Shown piece by piece: positions 55,053 to 64,000 of a stretch of 64,000 nt of DNA; within the stretch, counting starts at the first letter, position 1; each line of letters begins with the position of its first letter. The position numbers and the translations under genes were made by a program. This stretch comes from a virus, in IMG/VR virus record IMGVR_UViG_3300033145_002388, positions 1 through 64,000 of that record. One strand, given 5' to 3'. Under the pieces are notes generated by a model. It made no database searches and had not been told where the DNA came from. It was given only the letters and a program-made list of their open reading frames with translations.

Positions 55053-57924
55053 TCCTCAGAAAGCTGAAATATTAAGAGATTCTCAACAGAATGCTGTTAT
55101 TCAAATGGGAAGAAAATCTGTAATTAGATTAGCTACCTTGCCTGGATCAACTAAAGTAAGAGGCGGAACTATCGGAATGAATGAAGGTCAAACACGACCC
55201 GAAGATATTTCTTCTGGAATTTTTGAAAATGTTTTAGATTTAGGTCATGATTCCCTTGTTAAACTTAGTAATGAGGGAATTTTAATTGGGCCAAATGTTG
55301 GAATTAGTGGAGGAGGTTGGGCTATGGGACACCAGGGTTTGTTTGGATATGCAGATGCTTCCTTACGTTTTAGATTATACTTAGAACAAACTGAGTCAAT
55401 AGAGCCAGGTACCTGTATTATTGGAGATTTAGAAAATGATCAGTATGCTATGTGGGATCAAGCCAATGCTCAGTTTATAGTTAAAGGAACTTTTTATGCA
55501 ACTGCGGGTGTAATTGGTGGATGGAGCATATCTTCTGATGCACTTTATAAAGATGATGGAGTTAATTCTGCGGGAATGGTACCTAGTGACTATGCTTTCT
55601 ATGCTGGAGATACTTTTGTTAATAGAGCTTCAGCTCCCTTTAGGGTTTATAAAGATGGAAGCGCAGTAATTTCTAATGCAAATGTAACTGGAACTATTGT
55701 TGCATCTAGTGGCCAAATAGGAGGTTGGATTATTAGTGGAAGACAATTAGTTAGTTATAACAATGCAATTGAATTAGATCCCGCACAAGCTACTTTGAGT
55801 GGAACTGCTGATGCAACTGAAACAAAAAAACTCCATGATGCAAATGGAGAATTTGATAAAGGCTTAGTAGGTTCAATTGTTCATAATACTACTGATGATA
55901 CTTACGCACAAATTCTTGGTTATGTTGATAGTGGAGAATTGGATTTGTCTGCAGATATTTTTACTAGTGGAGAAAATTATACTATTGATGTTAGTGCTCA
56001 TATTAAAATTTATTCTGAAGGTAGCGCTAATTCTAATGATTTTGCTCAGATAACTGGAGCAGAAGATCTTAATGATGCAAATATTGGTGTTCCAAGATTA
56101 GATATTTATAGAGATATTATTGAGACAGGTGGAAATGTTAGAACTCAATATGGAAAAATTCTTTGGTTTAATACTAAATATCAGATTGATTCTTACTATC
56201 CTTGTCCCTTTGTTCAGATTTGGACAAAAGATGGTAAAGAATATAATGAAGAGTTTGGAACTTCGTTACCAGAAAAAGATGGAATTTCAATATGGGCTTT
56301 ATTTATGAAATCTGCTGGTGATGGTAGCAGTGTTGTAAAGTCTGCAATTCAATTTTATGGTTATACTGCTCAATCTGGTTCCACGGGAGAAATAGGTTTA
56401 ACTGGTCAAGTAATTGCTCCTCAAACTACAATGCGACTTGGAGATTATAATGCTAAGTTTTCTCAGTTATATTTAGATCAATTAGTAAGCGATCCAGTAG
56501 GAGATTATTTAGCTGAGGGAGTTATATTTGCTAGAGATAATCACCATTTATATTTCTATAATGGAACTTCTTTAATTCAATTAGATGATGCAGCTTCTGG
56601 AATTTATTTACCATTAGCAGGTGGAACAATGTCTGGTGAAATTGCAATGGGAAATAATTTAATAACTGGTTTAGCAACTCCTATTTTTAATACAGACGCT
56701 GCTACCAAAGGCTATATAGATTCTGCTTTAACTAGTTTTTTAGCATTATCGGGAGGAACTATGACTGGTGAAATTGCTATGAGCAATCACAAAATAACAG
56801 GATTAGCAACTCCTGTTGCTTCTGATGATGCTGCTACTAAAGATTATATTGATAACGCAGCTTTTCTTGCTGAAGTAAAAGATGATTCTACGCCTCAATT
56901 AGGAGGAAATTTAGATTGTCAATCACTTTATAAGATTTATAATATGACAACTCCTACTGATTCTGCAGATGGGACTACTAAAGGTTATGTTGATGATTTA
57001 GTTTCTGATTATCTTTCTCTTGCTGGAGGAACTATGACAGGAGAAATAGCAATGGGTAATCATAAAATAACAGGATTAGCAACTCCAGTAGTGGACACAG
57101 ATGCTTCTACTAAAGGTTATATAGATTCTGCCTTAACTTCATATTTAGGATTAAGTGGAGGAACAATGACAGGAAATATCAATATGGGTGGTAACTCAAT
57201 TACTAATGCTAATACGGCAACATTCAGCCAAGCTATAACAGTTGGGACACCTACAAACGTGGGACATGCTGCGACAAAAGGATATGTAGATGATAATTTC
57301 TTATCAACAGCGGGCGGAACAATGGATGCAGGAATAGATATGGATTCTAACCCTATTATTGATGTAAGTTATGTTTTGTTTGATGCGATTGCTACTCCAG
57401 GAACACCAATAAATGGTATGTTATTTAATTGGTCTGGCGACGGACATTTATATTATAGATTTGATGATGATTGGGTTGGACCAATAGACGGAAGCTTTTT
57501 GCCATTATCGGGCGGAGTTATGAACGGAAATATCAATATGGATCGTAATAACATTTCTAATATTACTGATTGTGAAATAGAAGGATTGGCATATATAGGA
57601 ACATTACAAGTTGGCGCGTCTGGTACTGGCAATCTAATCAATGCTAATCTTAGTATGACAAATCATAATATAACTAATTTAGCAGTTCCAGTAGATGCTA
57701 CTTGTGCTGCAACAAAAGGATATGTGGACGACAATTTCTTATCGTTAGCAGGCGGTAGTATGGATGGCAATAGAATTACAGATGTATTACCGGTATTAGA
57801 AAGTCTTGCTTCTGATCCAGGAACACCAGCAAATGGTTTAATGTATTATAACACAACAAATGACGAGGTAAGGGTTTATCTTGGAGGTAATTGGTGGAGA
57901 TTTGATTTAACACTTATAATATGA
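54997..57924 (+). CDS. tail fibre protein
   Basis: AGVIGGWSI repeats, SAPFRV; multiple L.L.GGTM.G.I.M.N.KITGLATP..DAATKGYVD repeats. Confidence 0.85.
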   Translation: MLTKFPKNYTQDPCLEPYDPQKAEILRDSQQNAVIQMGRKSVIRLATLPGSTKVRGGTIGMNEGQTRPEDISSGIFENVLDLGHDSLVKLSNEGILIGPNVGISGGGWAMGHQGLFGYADASLRFRLYLEQTESIEPGTCIIGDLENDQYAMWDQANAQFIVKGTFYATAGVIGGWSISSDALYKDDGVNSAGMVPSDYAFYAGDTFVNRASAPFRVYKDGSAVISNANVTGTIVASSGQIGGWIISGRQLVSYNNAIELDPAQATLSGTADATETKKLHDANGEFDKGLVGSIVHNTTDDTYAQILGYVDSGELDLSADIFTSGENYTIDVSAHIKIYSEGSANSNDFAQITGAEDLNDANIGVPRLDIYRDIIETGGNVRTQYGKILWFNTKYQIDSYYPCPFVQIWTKDGKEYNEEFGTSLPEKDGISIWALFMKSAGDGSSVVKSAIQFYGYTAQSGSTGEIGLTGQVIAPQTTMRLGDYNAKFSQLYLDQLVSDPVGDYLAEGVIFARDNHHLYFYNGTSLIQLDDAASGIYLPLAGGTMSGEIAMGNNLITGLATPIFNTDAATKGYIDSALTSFLALSGGTMTGEIAMSNHKITGLATPVASDDAATKDYIDNAAFLAEVKDDSTPQLGGNLDCQSLYKIYNMTTPTDSADGTTKGYVDDLVSDYLSLAGGTMTGEIAMGNHKITGLATPVVDTDASTKGYIDSALTSYLGLSGGTMTGNINMGGNSITNANTATFSQAITVGTPTNVGHAATKGYVDDNFLSTAGGTMDAGIDMDSNPIIDVSYVLFDAIATPGTPINGMLFNWSGDGHLYYRFDDDWVGPIDGSFLPLSGGVMNGNINMDRNNISNITDCEIEGLAYIGTLQVGASGTGNLINANLSMTNHNITNLAVPVDATCAATKGYVDDNFLSLAGGSMDGNRITDVLPVLESLASDPGTPANGLMYYNTTNDEVRVYLGGNWWRFDLTLII
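56605..57780 (+). repeat. intragenic tail-fibre shaft repeats (~40 aa)
   Basis: About 7 GGTM/GGVM/GGSM units with TKGY(I/V)D. Confidence 0.8.
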
Positions 57925-58280
57925 TAAAAAAGATTTTAGAAAAAATGATAATTATTTCGGGGATTGTAATCTTGGTTTGTTTAATATTTTTAATTAGAAC
58001 AAAAAAAATAGAACAGCCACAAACTTTTTATCAATTAAAAAGTTATCAATTAGCAAAATATAGCATAGGAACTTGGGGGGGGATATGCTATGAATATGCT
58101 AACAGAATGAAACGATTATTCCCTGAAGTTCAAAAAGAACATATAATAATTAAATATAGAGGTTTTGACACTTTAGCACATTACAGAATAATACTTTTTG
58201 AAAATGATAATTTAATAATCTATACTGATAGTAATTATATGGGATATCAAATAATTAGAACTTGGTTTGAATGGAAATAA
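57921..58280 (+). CDS. membrane-anchored protein with transglutaminase-like Cys-His-Asp
   Basis: N-terminal TM; GGICYEYA, AHY, YTDSN. Confidence 0.5.
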   Translation: MIKKILEKMIIISGIVILVCLIFLIRTKKIEQPQTFYQLKSYQLAKYSIGTWGGICYEYANRMKRLFPEVQKEHIIIKYRGFDTLAHYRIILFENDNLIIYTDSNYMGYQIIRTWFEWK

Positions 58281-58283
58281 CTA

Positions 58284-58311
58284 TTGACAAATTATTTAAT
58301 TTATTTAATAT
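58284..58311 (+). promoter_or_regulatory. candidate sigma70-type promoter (possibly leaderless transcript)
   Basis: TTGACA-16nt-TAATAT; ATG 58318 follows 6 nt later. Confidence 0.45.
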
Positions 58312-58317
58312 GTAGAC

Positions 58318-58554
58318 ATGATAAAAGCAATTTTTAAAGGTTCAAGAAATATAAAATCTTATCAGACAAAAGAATTTGATGCCAGTCATGGCAATACTGT
58401 TTTTATGTCTGAAGAAATTTGGATGGAGATTAAGAACAGGGGTGATGCTAAGCTTTTTAAAAAGGTCGTGAGTGATGCAAAAAAATTTCCCCCTTATAGA
58501 AATGTATCTCCAGGAGTGCCTTTTGATAGGGCAAAAATTAAACAATCTAATTAA
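58318..58554 (+). CDS. hypothetical protein
   Basis: 78-aa ORF. Confidence 0.6.
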   Translation: MIKAIFKGSRNIKSYQTKEFDASHGNTVFMSEEIWMEIKNRGDAKLFKKVVSDAKKFPPYRNVSPGVPFDRAKIKQSN

Positions 58555-58559
58555 AATTT

Positions 58560-59066
58560 ATGGCCGCTACAATAAAACTAATGTGTTGTAATGGTGTTGA
58601 TGCAGGATCAGAAACAGACATTACTGGAGCAGGAATTGATTATATTACCGCAGATAATGCAATCAACTCTTCAGCAAATAGAGAAGCTTATCCAATTACA
58701 ATTCCAGCAGTAGGCACAGCTTACTCCTATGAAAAATGGTTAAGATGGAAATGTACTGTTGTTCCAGATACTCAATGTACGAATTTTAAATTCTGGGGTC
58801 CGAATTCTGCTCCCGGAACGGGAATTGTAATTTATGTTGGAACTACTGATACGGGGCTTACTCCAGTTGTAACAGATTCTTCCATTGCCGACACTCAACA
58901 AGATACAAATTATTATGATACAGATCATCAATTAAGTATTTCTGGCACACTTACTTCAGAAAATGATGAAACAGATTATTTGGTAATGCAAATGGATGTC
59001 AGTCCTACAGCTAATCAAGGAAATATGGCTCAACAAACCTATAATTATAGTTATGATGAAAATTGA
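58560..59066 (+). CDS. putative virion structural protein
   Basis: Acidic, beta-rich; SYEKWLR, NFKFW, TDYLVMQM, YSYDE C-terminus. Confidence 0.6.
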   Translation: MAATIKLMCCNGVDAGSETDITGAGIDYITADNAINSSANREAYPITIPAVGTAYSYEKWLRWKCTVVPDTQCTNFKFWGPNSAPGTGIVIYVGTTDTGLTPVVTDSSIADTQQDTNYYDTDHQLSISGTLTSENDETDYLVMQMDVSPTANQGNMAQQTYNYSYDEN

Positions 59067-59079
59067 TATAACTTCCTAT

Positions 59080-59109
59080 TTGACAAGAATTAAATTAGAT
59101 TACTATAAC
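59080..59109 (+). promoter_or_regulatory. weak candidate promoter
   Basis: TTGACA followed by TACTAT (15 nt) or TATAAC (18 nt) in intergenic gap. Confidence 0.3.
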
Positions 59110-59129
59110 TTAATGTGCTAAGTTAAAAT

Positions 59130-59567
59130 ATGAAATTAACAAATTATTATAAATATAAACTAATATTAGATTCTTCAAAAATTATTGAACAAAAGGAACC
59201 AGGTGAAAGTACAGGCTTTAAATTTAATTCTTCTAATCCAGATTTTTTTAAGATAAGATACTTTCAATTAATTCCTATAAAAGAAGGAGTAAATTTACCA
59301 CATTTATTAATAAAAATTCCCCTTAAAGCAAGATTGATTTGGTTTACTAGGACTGTTGTACACCAAGGTAAAACAGCTTTTAAAATGCATGTTTATATGA
59401 TAGGATGGCAAACAACTATAAAACGGCTTGGTTTAAAAAAAGATGTAAATATTAAACAGATTTCTTACTTTTATCCTGATGGAACAATAGAAAACTCTAC
59501 GGGGGAACCTACCTTGCTAGATATGAAAATTAATGCTATAGAAACCGGGATTTTAAATAAAGCTTAA
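59130..59567 (+). CDS. hypothetical phage protein
   Basis: ARLIWFTR..YMIGWQTT..FYPDG. Confidence 0.65.
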   Translation: MKLTNYYKYKLILDSSKIIEQKEPGESTGFKFNSSNPDFFKIRYFQLIPIKEGVNLPHLLIKIPLKARLIWFTRTVVHQGKTAFKMHVYMIGWQTTIKRLGLKKDVNIKQISYFYPDGTIENSTGEPTLLDMKINAIETGILNKA

Positions 59568-59576
59568 TTTTTTAAT

Positions 59577-59795
59577 ATGTCGAGTACATTTTTGGAAAAA
59601 AAGAATGGAGCAAAATCTCTTATAGAAAATGATCCTCTTGCTAGTGATGCAATCCAAGCTACAATAACTACTGGAGAAAATATTAAATTTCCCCAAACGG
59701 GATTATTTAGAGTAACCATTTGGGATTTAAATACTTATTCTGATCCTAATGATGATCCCAATATGGAAGAGCTAGAGAGGGAACCCCAGAAGTAG
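59577..59795 (+). pseudogene. N-terminal fragment of tail fibre, apparently split by deletion/frameshift
   Basis: KNGAKS..FP.TG.FRVTIWD..DPNME; sense continues in the -1 frame as RAREGT..HAKGSAFRILV, in frame with 59843. Confidence 0.55.
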
Positions 59796-59842
59796 AACAT
59801 GCTAAAGGTTCTGCTTTTCGTATTTTAGTTTCAACTGGTCAA

Positions 59843-62389
59843 ATGGAAGAATATGAAACCGCAATTAATAATTTAGAAGATGTAAAAGATTATGCCGATA
59901 GTCCAATGGTAATTTCTGGTGGAGAGATTTCAAAAGGTTCAGACCAAGAGACATATCCGGGTTCATTTAAAGTTGCCGCATTAACCGCTTTATTAAGAAA
60001 AACAAATAGTTCAACGGGAGAATTAGTCAAGGTTTCTTTAGATGAACAAGATAATCAAACAATAACTGCCGCTGATACAACTTATATTGTATGTCTAAAT
60101 TATAATGATGGCTCGCCAACAATTTCTTTATCAGAAACAAATCCTTATGATTCTGATAAAAGAAATATACCTATTGGAGAAGTAGCGAAAGACAGCTCAG
60201 ATAATGTTCACTTTATTTCTGGTGGTTTTAATTTTCAAGATGGAGTTGAAAAGCTTCATATGAGAGCAAGAACATTAAGAGAATTAGAGCTTAATGATGG
60301 CTCGGCTATTGCTTATTCTGGCACAAATAATTTTACAATGGAAGAAGGTATTGCTTATGGTGGAATAAATAAATTTCCCCTGAGTTCTTATGATAGCTCT
60401 ATAACTCAATTTACAGGACTTAGAGGAGATGGTGCTGGTGGCTGGACAGAAACACTTTCAAATGTTATTGATTTTGCTCATTATGATGATGGAGCAGGTG
60501 GATTAGGAAATATAGGAAATAATAAATACGGTTGTCATTGGGTTTATAAACATATAGACGACGATGATGTCTATGTTAGATTGGGCGTAGGAAGTTATAC
60601 ATTAGCGGAAGCTATGCTTGCCCAAGAACCAACAAAACCAGCTCATTTAACAGATTTTGGGGTTTTAATAGGGAAAATTATTGCACCTCAAAGCGGTAGT
60701 TCATTTACCGCGGTTCAAATGGTGACAGAAAGATTTTTTACAGGAACGGCTGTTTCTGACCACGGTAACCTTACTGGTTTAAGTGATGATGACCATACCC
60801 AATACGCTTTATTGGCTGGAAGGGCGGGTGGACAAACATTAATAGGTGGGACAGCAAGCGGTGAAGACTTAACTTTACAATCAAGTTCAGACGCGACAAA
60901 AGGAAATATATATTTAGGTGCTGCTCAAACTTCTTATTTTGACGAAGACAATGAGAATTTAAAAATAAATGGTGCTATAACAATTGGTAGTGCAGATACC
61001 GAAGCGCCTTTGAATTTTATTTTACCAGGAGCAGGAGACCAAACCGTAATTAAATTTCAAAATACAGAAACTACTGCAGACGCTGCTATTTCTTTTGATG
61101 GTAGTAGTGTTGGTTCAGATTTACTTTTTGGTTCAAATCTATATTTCTTGGGCTCTTCAATTACTCGATATAATACATCTAAAGCATCAAGTGCTATTTG
61201 GCTTAAAGAAACAGGAGAATTTTCAATTTATACGGGTGATACTGAAGCAATTGCTACTCAACGTTTAGCAATTAGTAGTGCGGGTGCTTTTGACTTCAAA
61301 TCTAATAATGTGTCTGGTATGGGAACTCTTGGTTGTGGTGCTATAACAAGTAGTGGAAATTTTCAAACAAATGGTGGTTATATTTATATCAATAGAAATG
61401 GGGATGCAGTAAATGCCCAATTTTATATAGCATCTGATAATGATAAGATTTGTGAAATAAATTTTGGTGACCCACAAGATGGAGATATTGGTAGAATATG
61501 GTACGACCATTCTGACAATAGTATGAAATTATATACTAGTGCAACATTAGCCCTAACCATAGATAGTTCCCAAAATGCTACTTTTGCTGGAGATATTGAA
61601 TGTGGTGCTATAACAGCAACTTCTTATGATGGTGTTTTAGCTGCTAATTTACTTGATAAGACTGTTAATGAAGTTATTACTGGGATTTGGAGTTTTAAGG
61701 GAGATGATTGGAACCCAATAACAATACAAAGGAGTAAAGATAGCATTGGTGCTGCATATTTTGTAGGATATAAATCAAGGGGTTCCGTCGGTAGTGAAAC
61801 TGCTATTGTAAGTGGAGATGTTCTTGGTGGTTTTCAATTTAGGGGATACGATGGCACAGGTTTTGATGAGAGTGCAAGGATTGATGTAGTATCAGAGGGA
61901 ACAATAGCAACTGGTCAAATTCCAACAAAATGGGTTTTTAAAACTTCTAATAGTTCAGGAACATTAACTGATGAATCAAGTGCAAGAGCATATTTAAGCA
62001 CTGACCAAACTATTCCAACTGGAACATATACAACACTTGCATTGGATACCGAAGAATGGGACACTCAATCAGAATTTGATACCAGTACTCATACATTTAC
62101 GGCAAAAAAAGCGGGTTATTATTTGGTTATAGTAAGGATAAAGTGGTCTACCAACACAACAACGAGTTGGAGAAGGTTAAGAGTTATAACACCCGATAAC
62201 ACAAATGAGTATATTTATACTGAAGCTGGTACTCAACCCACGGGACATTGGAGTCAAGGAGTTAGTGGTATTGTTTATTTAGGTGCAAATCATAGAGTAT
62301 ATGCTCAAGTATACCAAGCTTCTGGCGAAGATTTATCTATTTTTGGAGATAAAACTATGAGTTTTATGGCAATTCATAAATTAAACTAA
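59843..62389 (+). CDS. tail fibre/spike protein (C-terminal C1q-like domain)
   Basis: DHGNLTGLSDDDHTQY, Gly/Ser/Thr-rich beta repeats, ARAYLS.DQTI..EFDTSTHTFTAKKAGYYLV. Confidence 0.8.
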   Translation: MEEYETAINNLEDVKDYADSPMVISGGEISKGSDQETYPGSFKVAALTALLRKTNSSTGELVKVSLDEQDNQTITAADTTYIVCLNYNDGSPTISLSETNPYDSDKRNIPIGEVAKDSSDNVHFISGGFNFQDGVEKLHMRARTLRELELNDGSAIAYSGTNNFTMEEGIAYGGINKFPLSSYDSSITQFTGLRGDGAGGWTETLSNVIDFAHYDDGAGGLGNIGNNKYGCHWVYKHIDDDDVYVRLGVGSYTLAEAMLAQEPTKPAHLTDFGVLIGKIIAPQSGSSFTAVQMVTERFFTGTAVSDHGNLTGLSDDDHTQYALLAGRAGGQTLIGGTASGEDLTLQSSSDATKGNIYLGAAQTSYFDEDNENLKINGAITIGSADTEAPLNFILPGAGDQTVIKFQNTETTADAAISFDGSSVGSDLLFGSNLYFLGSSITRYNTSKASSAIWLKETGEFSIYTGDTEAIATQRLAISSAGAFDFKSNNVSGMGTLGCGAITSSGNFQTNGGYIYINRNGDAVNAQFYIASDNDKICEINFGDPQDGDIGRIWYDHSDNSMKLYTSATLALTIDSSQNATFAGDIECGAITATSYDGVLAANLLDKTVNEVITGIWSFKGDDWNPITIQRSKDSIGAAYFVGYKSRGSVGSETAIVSGDVLGGFQFRGYDGTGFDESARIDVVSEGTIATGQIPTKWVFKTSNSSGTLTDESSARAYLSTDQTIPTGTYTTLALDTEEWDTQSEFDTSTHTFTAKKAGYYLVIVRIKWSTNTTTSWRRLRVITPDNTNEYIYTEAGTQPTGHWSQGVSGIVYLGANHRVYAQVYQASGEDLSIFGDKTMSFMAIHKLN

Positions 62390-62480
62390 TGAACATCCAA
62401 ACTCTAACAATTATTCTCGCAGGGCTGGCTAATAAAATGTTAAATAAATAAAAAAGAGATAATTAACTAATTAAAATTTT

Positions 62481-62888
62481 ATGACTAATGAAAAAAACAT
62501 TAAAAAAGAAAAAGATGAAGAACCTAAATCTTATGTTCTTACTTTAACCGAAATAGCTTCTCGAGATCGAAAAGGAAAGGAACTAAAAGATTTAAAAGGA
62601 AATTTAATTTACAGACAATCTGATGCTTTTGCATTTAATCAAATTCTTGGCGCAATCGATACCGCTAACTATGATATTGATTCATTAAGGATTTTAGGAA
62701 AGCTTCAAGATAGATTTGAAGATGCATGGAAAAATGAAAAAACTAAAGTCGAGTTAAATCTAGATATGGTTTCATTTTTAAAAGAATTCTATAAAGATTA
62801 TAGAAAAAAACTCAGAAGGGATGCAATTATAAATACATTTTTATCACGAACTTTAGTGGATATTGCAGATCAAATAGCAAAATTTTAA
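62481..62888 (+). CDS. hypothetical protein
   Basis: 135-aa ORF with conserved leader. Confidence 0.65.
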   Translation: MTNEKNIKKEKDEEPKSYVLTLTEIASRDRKGKELKDLKGNLIYRQSDAFAFNQILGAIDTANYDIDSLRILGKLQDRFEDAWKNEKTKVELNLDMVSFLKEFYKDYRKKLRRDAIINTFLSRTLVDIADQIAKF

Positions 62889-62929
62889 TTTATTTTTAGC
62901 GATTCAACGCATTTTAATTTAACAATACC

Positions 62930-63949
62930 ATGTTCAATGTTGGTTTATACAATATTTCTGTTTATAATGCGGCAGGTTGGATTATCAAATCAAATACTTT
63001 TACTGGAAATGCTAATCTAAGAAAAAATCTCGCAAGCTCTTTTACAGGAGATGCAAATTTAAAAAAAGAATTTTCTTCTTCTTATACTGGGGATACAGAT
63101 TTAAAGAAAACTGTTATAGATTCTTTTAAAGGTGATAGTAACTTAAAAAAGGTAGGAATTTCTTCTAGTTTTACAGGAGATACTAACCTAAAGAAAAGCC
63201 TTGTTTCTCAATATACTGGTGATAGTAATCTAAAAAAAGTAATTAGTAGTTCATTTAAAGCTGATTCTTGTTTAGTAATAACTGTTCTTAATAGCTTTAC
63301 TGGAGATAGTGATTTAAAGAAGATAGTTATTTCTAGTTTTACCGGTGATAGTAATTTAAAAGAAACTCAAATTAATATCTTTACAGGTAATGTTAACTTA
63401 AGAAAAAATTTAATAGGATCATTTAAAGGAGATTCTAATTTAAAGAAAATAATTAGTAATACTTTTAAAGCTGATTCTTGTTTAGTAAAAACTATCTTAG
63501 ATTCTTTTACGGGAGATTCCAATTTAAAAAGTACATTATCTAATCAGTTTTCTGGAGATGCTAATCTGAAAAAAAACATTTCTAGTTCTTATACTGGAGA
63601 TAGTAATTTTAAGAAGAAATTTAGTTTTACTTACACTGGTAATAGTAATCTTAAAAAAACAATCTTAAGTTCTTTTAAAGGAGATTCAAATCTTAAAAAA
63701 AATATTGCTAATGACTTTAAAGGTGATAGCAATTTAAAGAAAACTATTTCTGATTCTTTTAAAGGCGATTGTAATCTTAAGAAAAATATTCTATCTTCAT
63801 TTACAGGAAATGCTTATTTACTTGCTCCGGGCTTCTTTTGGAAAGAATTCTATATTAAGATAGACTTAAAAGAATTAAAAACAAAACTAGACTTAAAAGA
63901 ATTAAAAACACAAATAGATTTAAAAGAATTTAATACTCAAATCCAATAA
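62930..63949 (+). CDS. Ser/Thr/Lys-rich 14-aa repeat protein (putative virion fibre)
   Basis: 20 copies of (F/Y)(T/K)GDSNLKKxxxxS, then 3 copies of a 9-aa xDLKExxTx unit. Confidence 0.8.
   Translation: MFNVGLYNISVYNAAGWIIKSNTFTGNANLRKNLASSFTGDANLKKEFSSSYTGDTDLKKTVIDSFKGDSNLKKVGISSSFTGDTNLKKSLVSQYTGDSNLKKVISSSFKADSCLVITVLNSFTGDSDLKKIVISSFTGDSNLKETQINIFTGNVNLRKNLIGSFKGDSNLKKIISNTFKADSCLVKTILDSFTGDSNLKSTLSNQFSGDANLKKNISSSYTGDSNFKKKFSFTYTGNSNLKKTILSSFKGDSNLKKNIANDFKGDSNLKKTISDSFKGDCNLKKNILSSFTGNAYLLAPGFFWKEFYIKIDLKELKTKLDLKELKTQIDLKEFNTQIQ
62999..63823 (+). repeat. 42-nt coding tandem repeat (20 units)
   Basis: Unit counted from the translation; one unit is 15 aa, the last is partial. Confidence 0.85.
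63860..63940 (+). repeat. 27-nt tandem repeat x3
   Basis: TAGACTTAAAAGAATTAAAAACA repeated, third copy degenerate. Confidence 0.8.
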
Positions 63950-63950
63950 T

Positions 63951-64000
63951 ATGGCACAAATAAAAATAAAACAATTTGAAAAGGGAAATTCTATTTATTT
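63951..64000 (+). CDS. partial ORF at window edge
   Basis: ATG 1 nt after upstream stop, open to the end of the window (MAQIKIKQFEKGNSIY). Confidence 0.4.
   Translation, partial: MAQIKIKQFEKGNSIY

Noticed and set aside
59755-59800. Programmed -1 ribosomal frameshift joining 59577 and 59843
   Set aside because: No X XXY YYZ slippery site in the overlap, and a conserved-looking segment seems missing, which favours a deletion
5762-61510. Other short minus-strand or nested ORFs in the track (e.g. 5762, 11053, 14052, 17588, 19878, 24622, 33672, 34898, 40199, 45542, 57453, 58342, 58740, 61265)
   Set aside because: They overlap well-supported + strand genes and have no motifs or leaders; antisense ORFs are expected from codon bias
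59843-62389. Diversity-generating retroelement target in the fibre C-terminus
   Set aside because: No reverse transcriptase and no adenine-variant template repeat seen in this window
62999-63823. Possible CRISPR or non-coding tandem array
   Set aside because: Repeats are in-frame, diverge at synonymous positions and have no unique spacers
1-64000. Stop-codon reassignment (code 15 or 25), as in some CPR and gut phages
   Set aside because: Long genes are intact in code 11, and both TAG (4134, 11782) and TGA (6263, 24365) end genes at sensible boundaries

Overview
This AT-rich 64 kb window looks like part of a tailed (Caudoviricetes-like, probably podovirus-type) bacteriophage genome. Essentially all credible genes lie on the + strand, use the standard code, and mostly lack Shine-Dalgarno leaders. 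The host is probably bacterial (RecA, LysM-like motifs); an SD-poor CPR- or Bacteroidota-like host is only an inference. Layout: (1) 1-6.6 kb: small hypothetical genes, a tRNA-Met(CAT), an SD-led cassette with a metallophosphoesterase, RecA, RusA-like and HNH-like genes. (2) 6.6-13 kb: a glycosyltransferase/methyltransferase cluster. (3) ~13.3-13.6 kb: a non-coding region with phased repeats. (4) 13.6-24.9 kb: small genes, a degenerate UDG, RtcB and a MoxR-AAA/vWA-metallopeptidase module. (5) From 25 kb, the morphogenesis module: GpA-type terminase, a 1445-aa portal-like protein fused to an ASCH-like domain and an intein-containing ATP-dependent DNA ligase, a minimal nucleotidyltransferase, a LigD-phosphoesterase-like protein, scaffold, major capsid protein, a 4577-aa internal/ejection-type protein and tail/fibre genes. 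Two observations stand out. The first is a candidate virion-associated DNA end-repair (NHEJ-like) kit built onto the portal. The second is a 17-bp palindrome, YCGGAAATWATTTCCGA, found four times across the window, three times inside coding sequence using rare codons. All family assignments come from motif recognition by eye, not from database searches.
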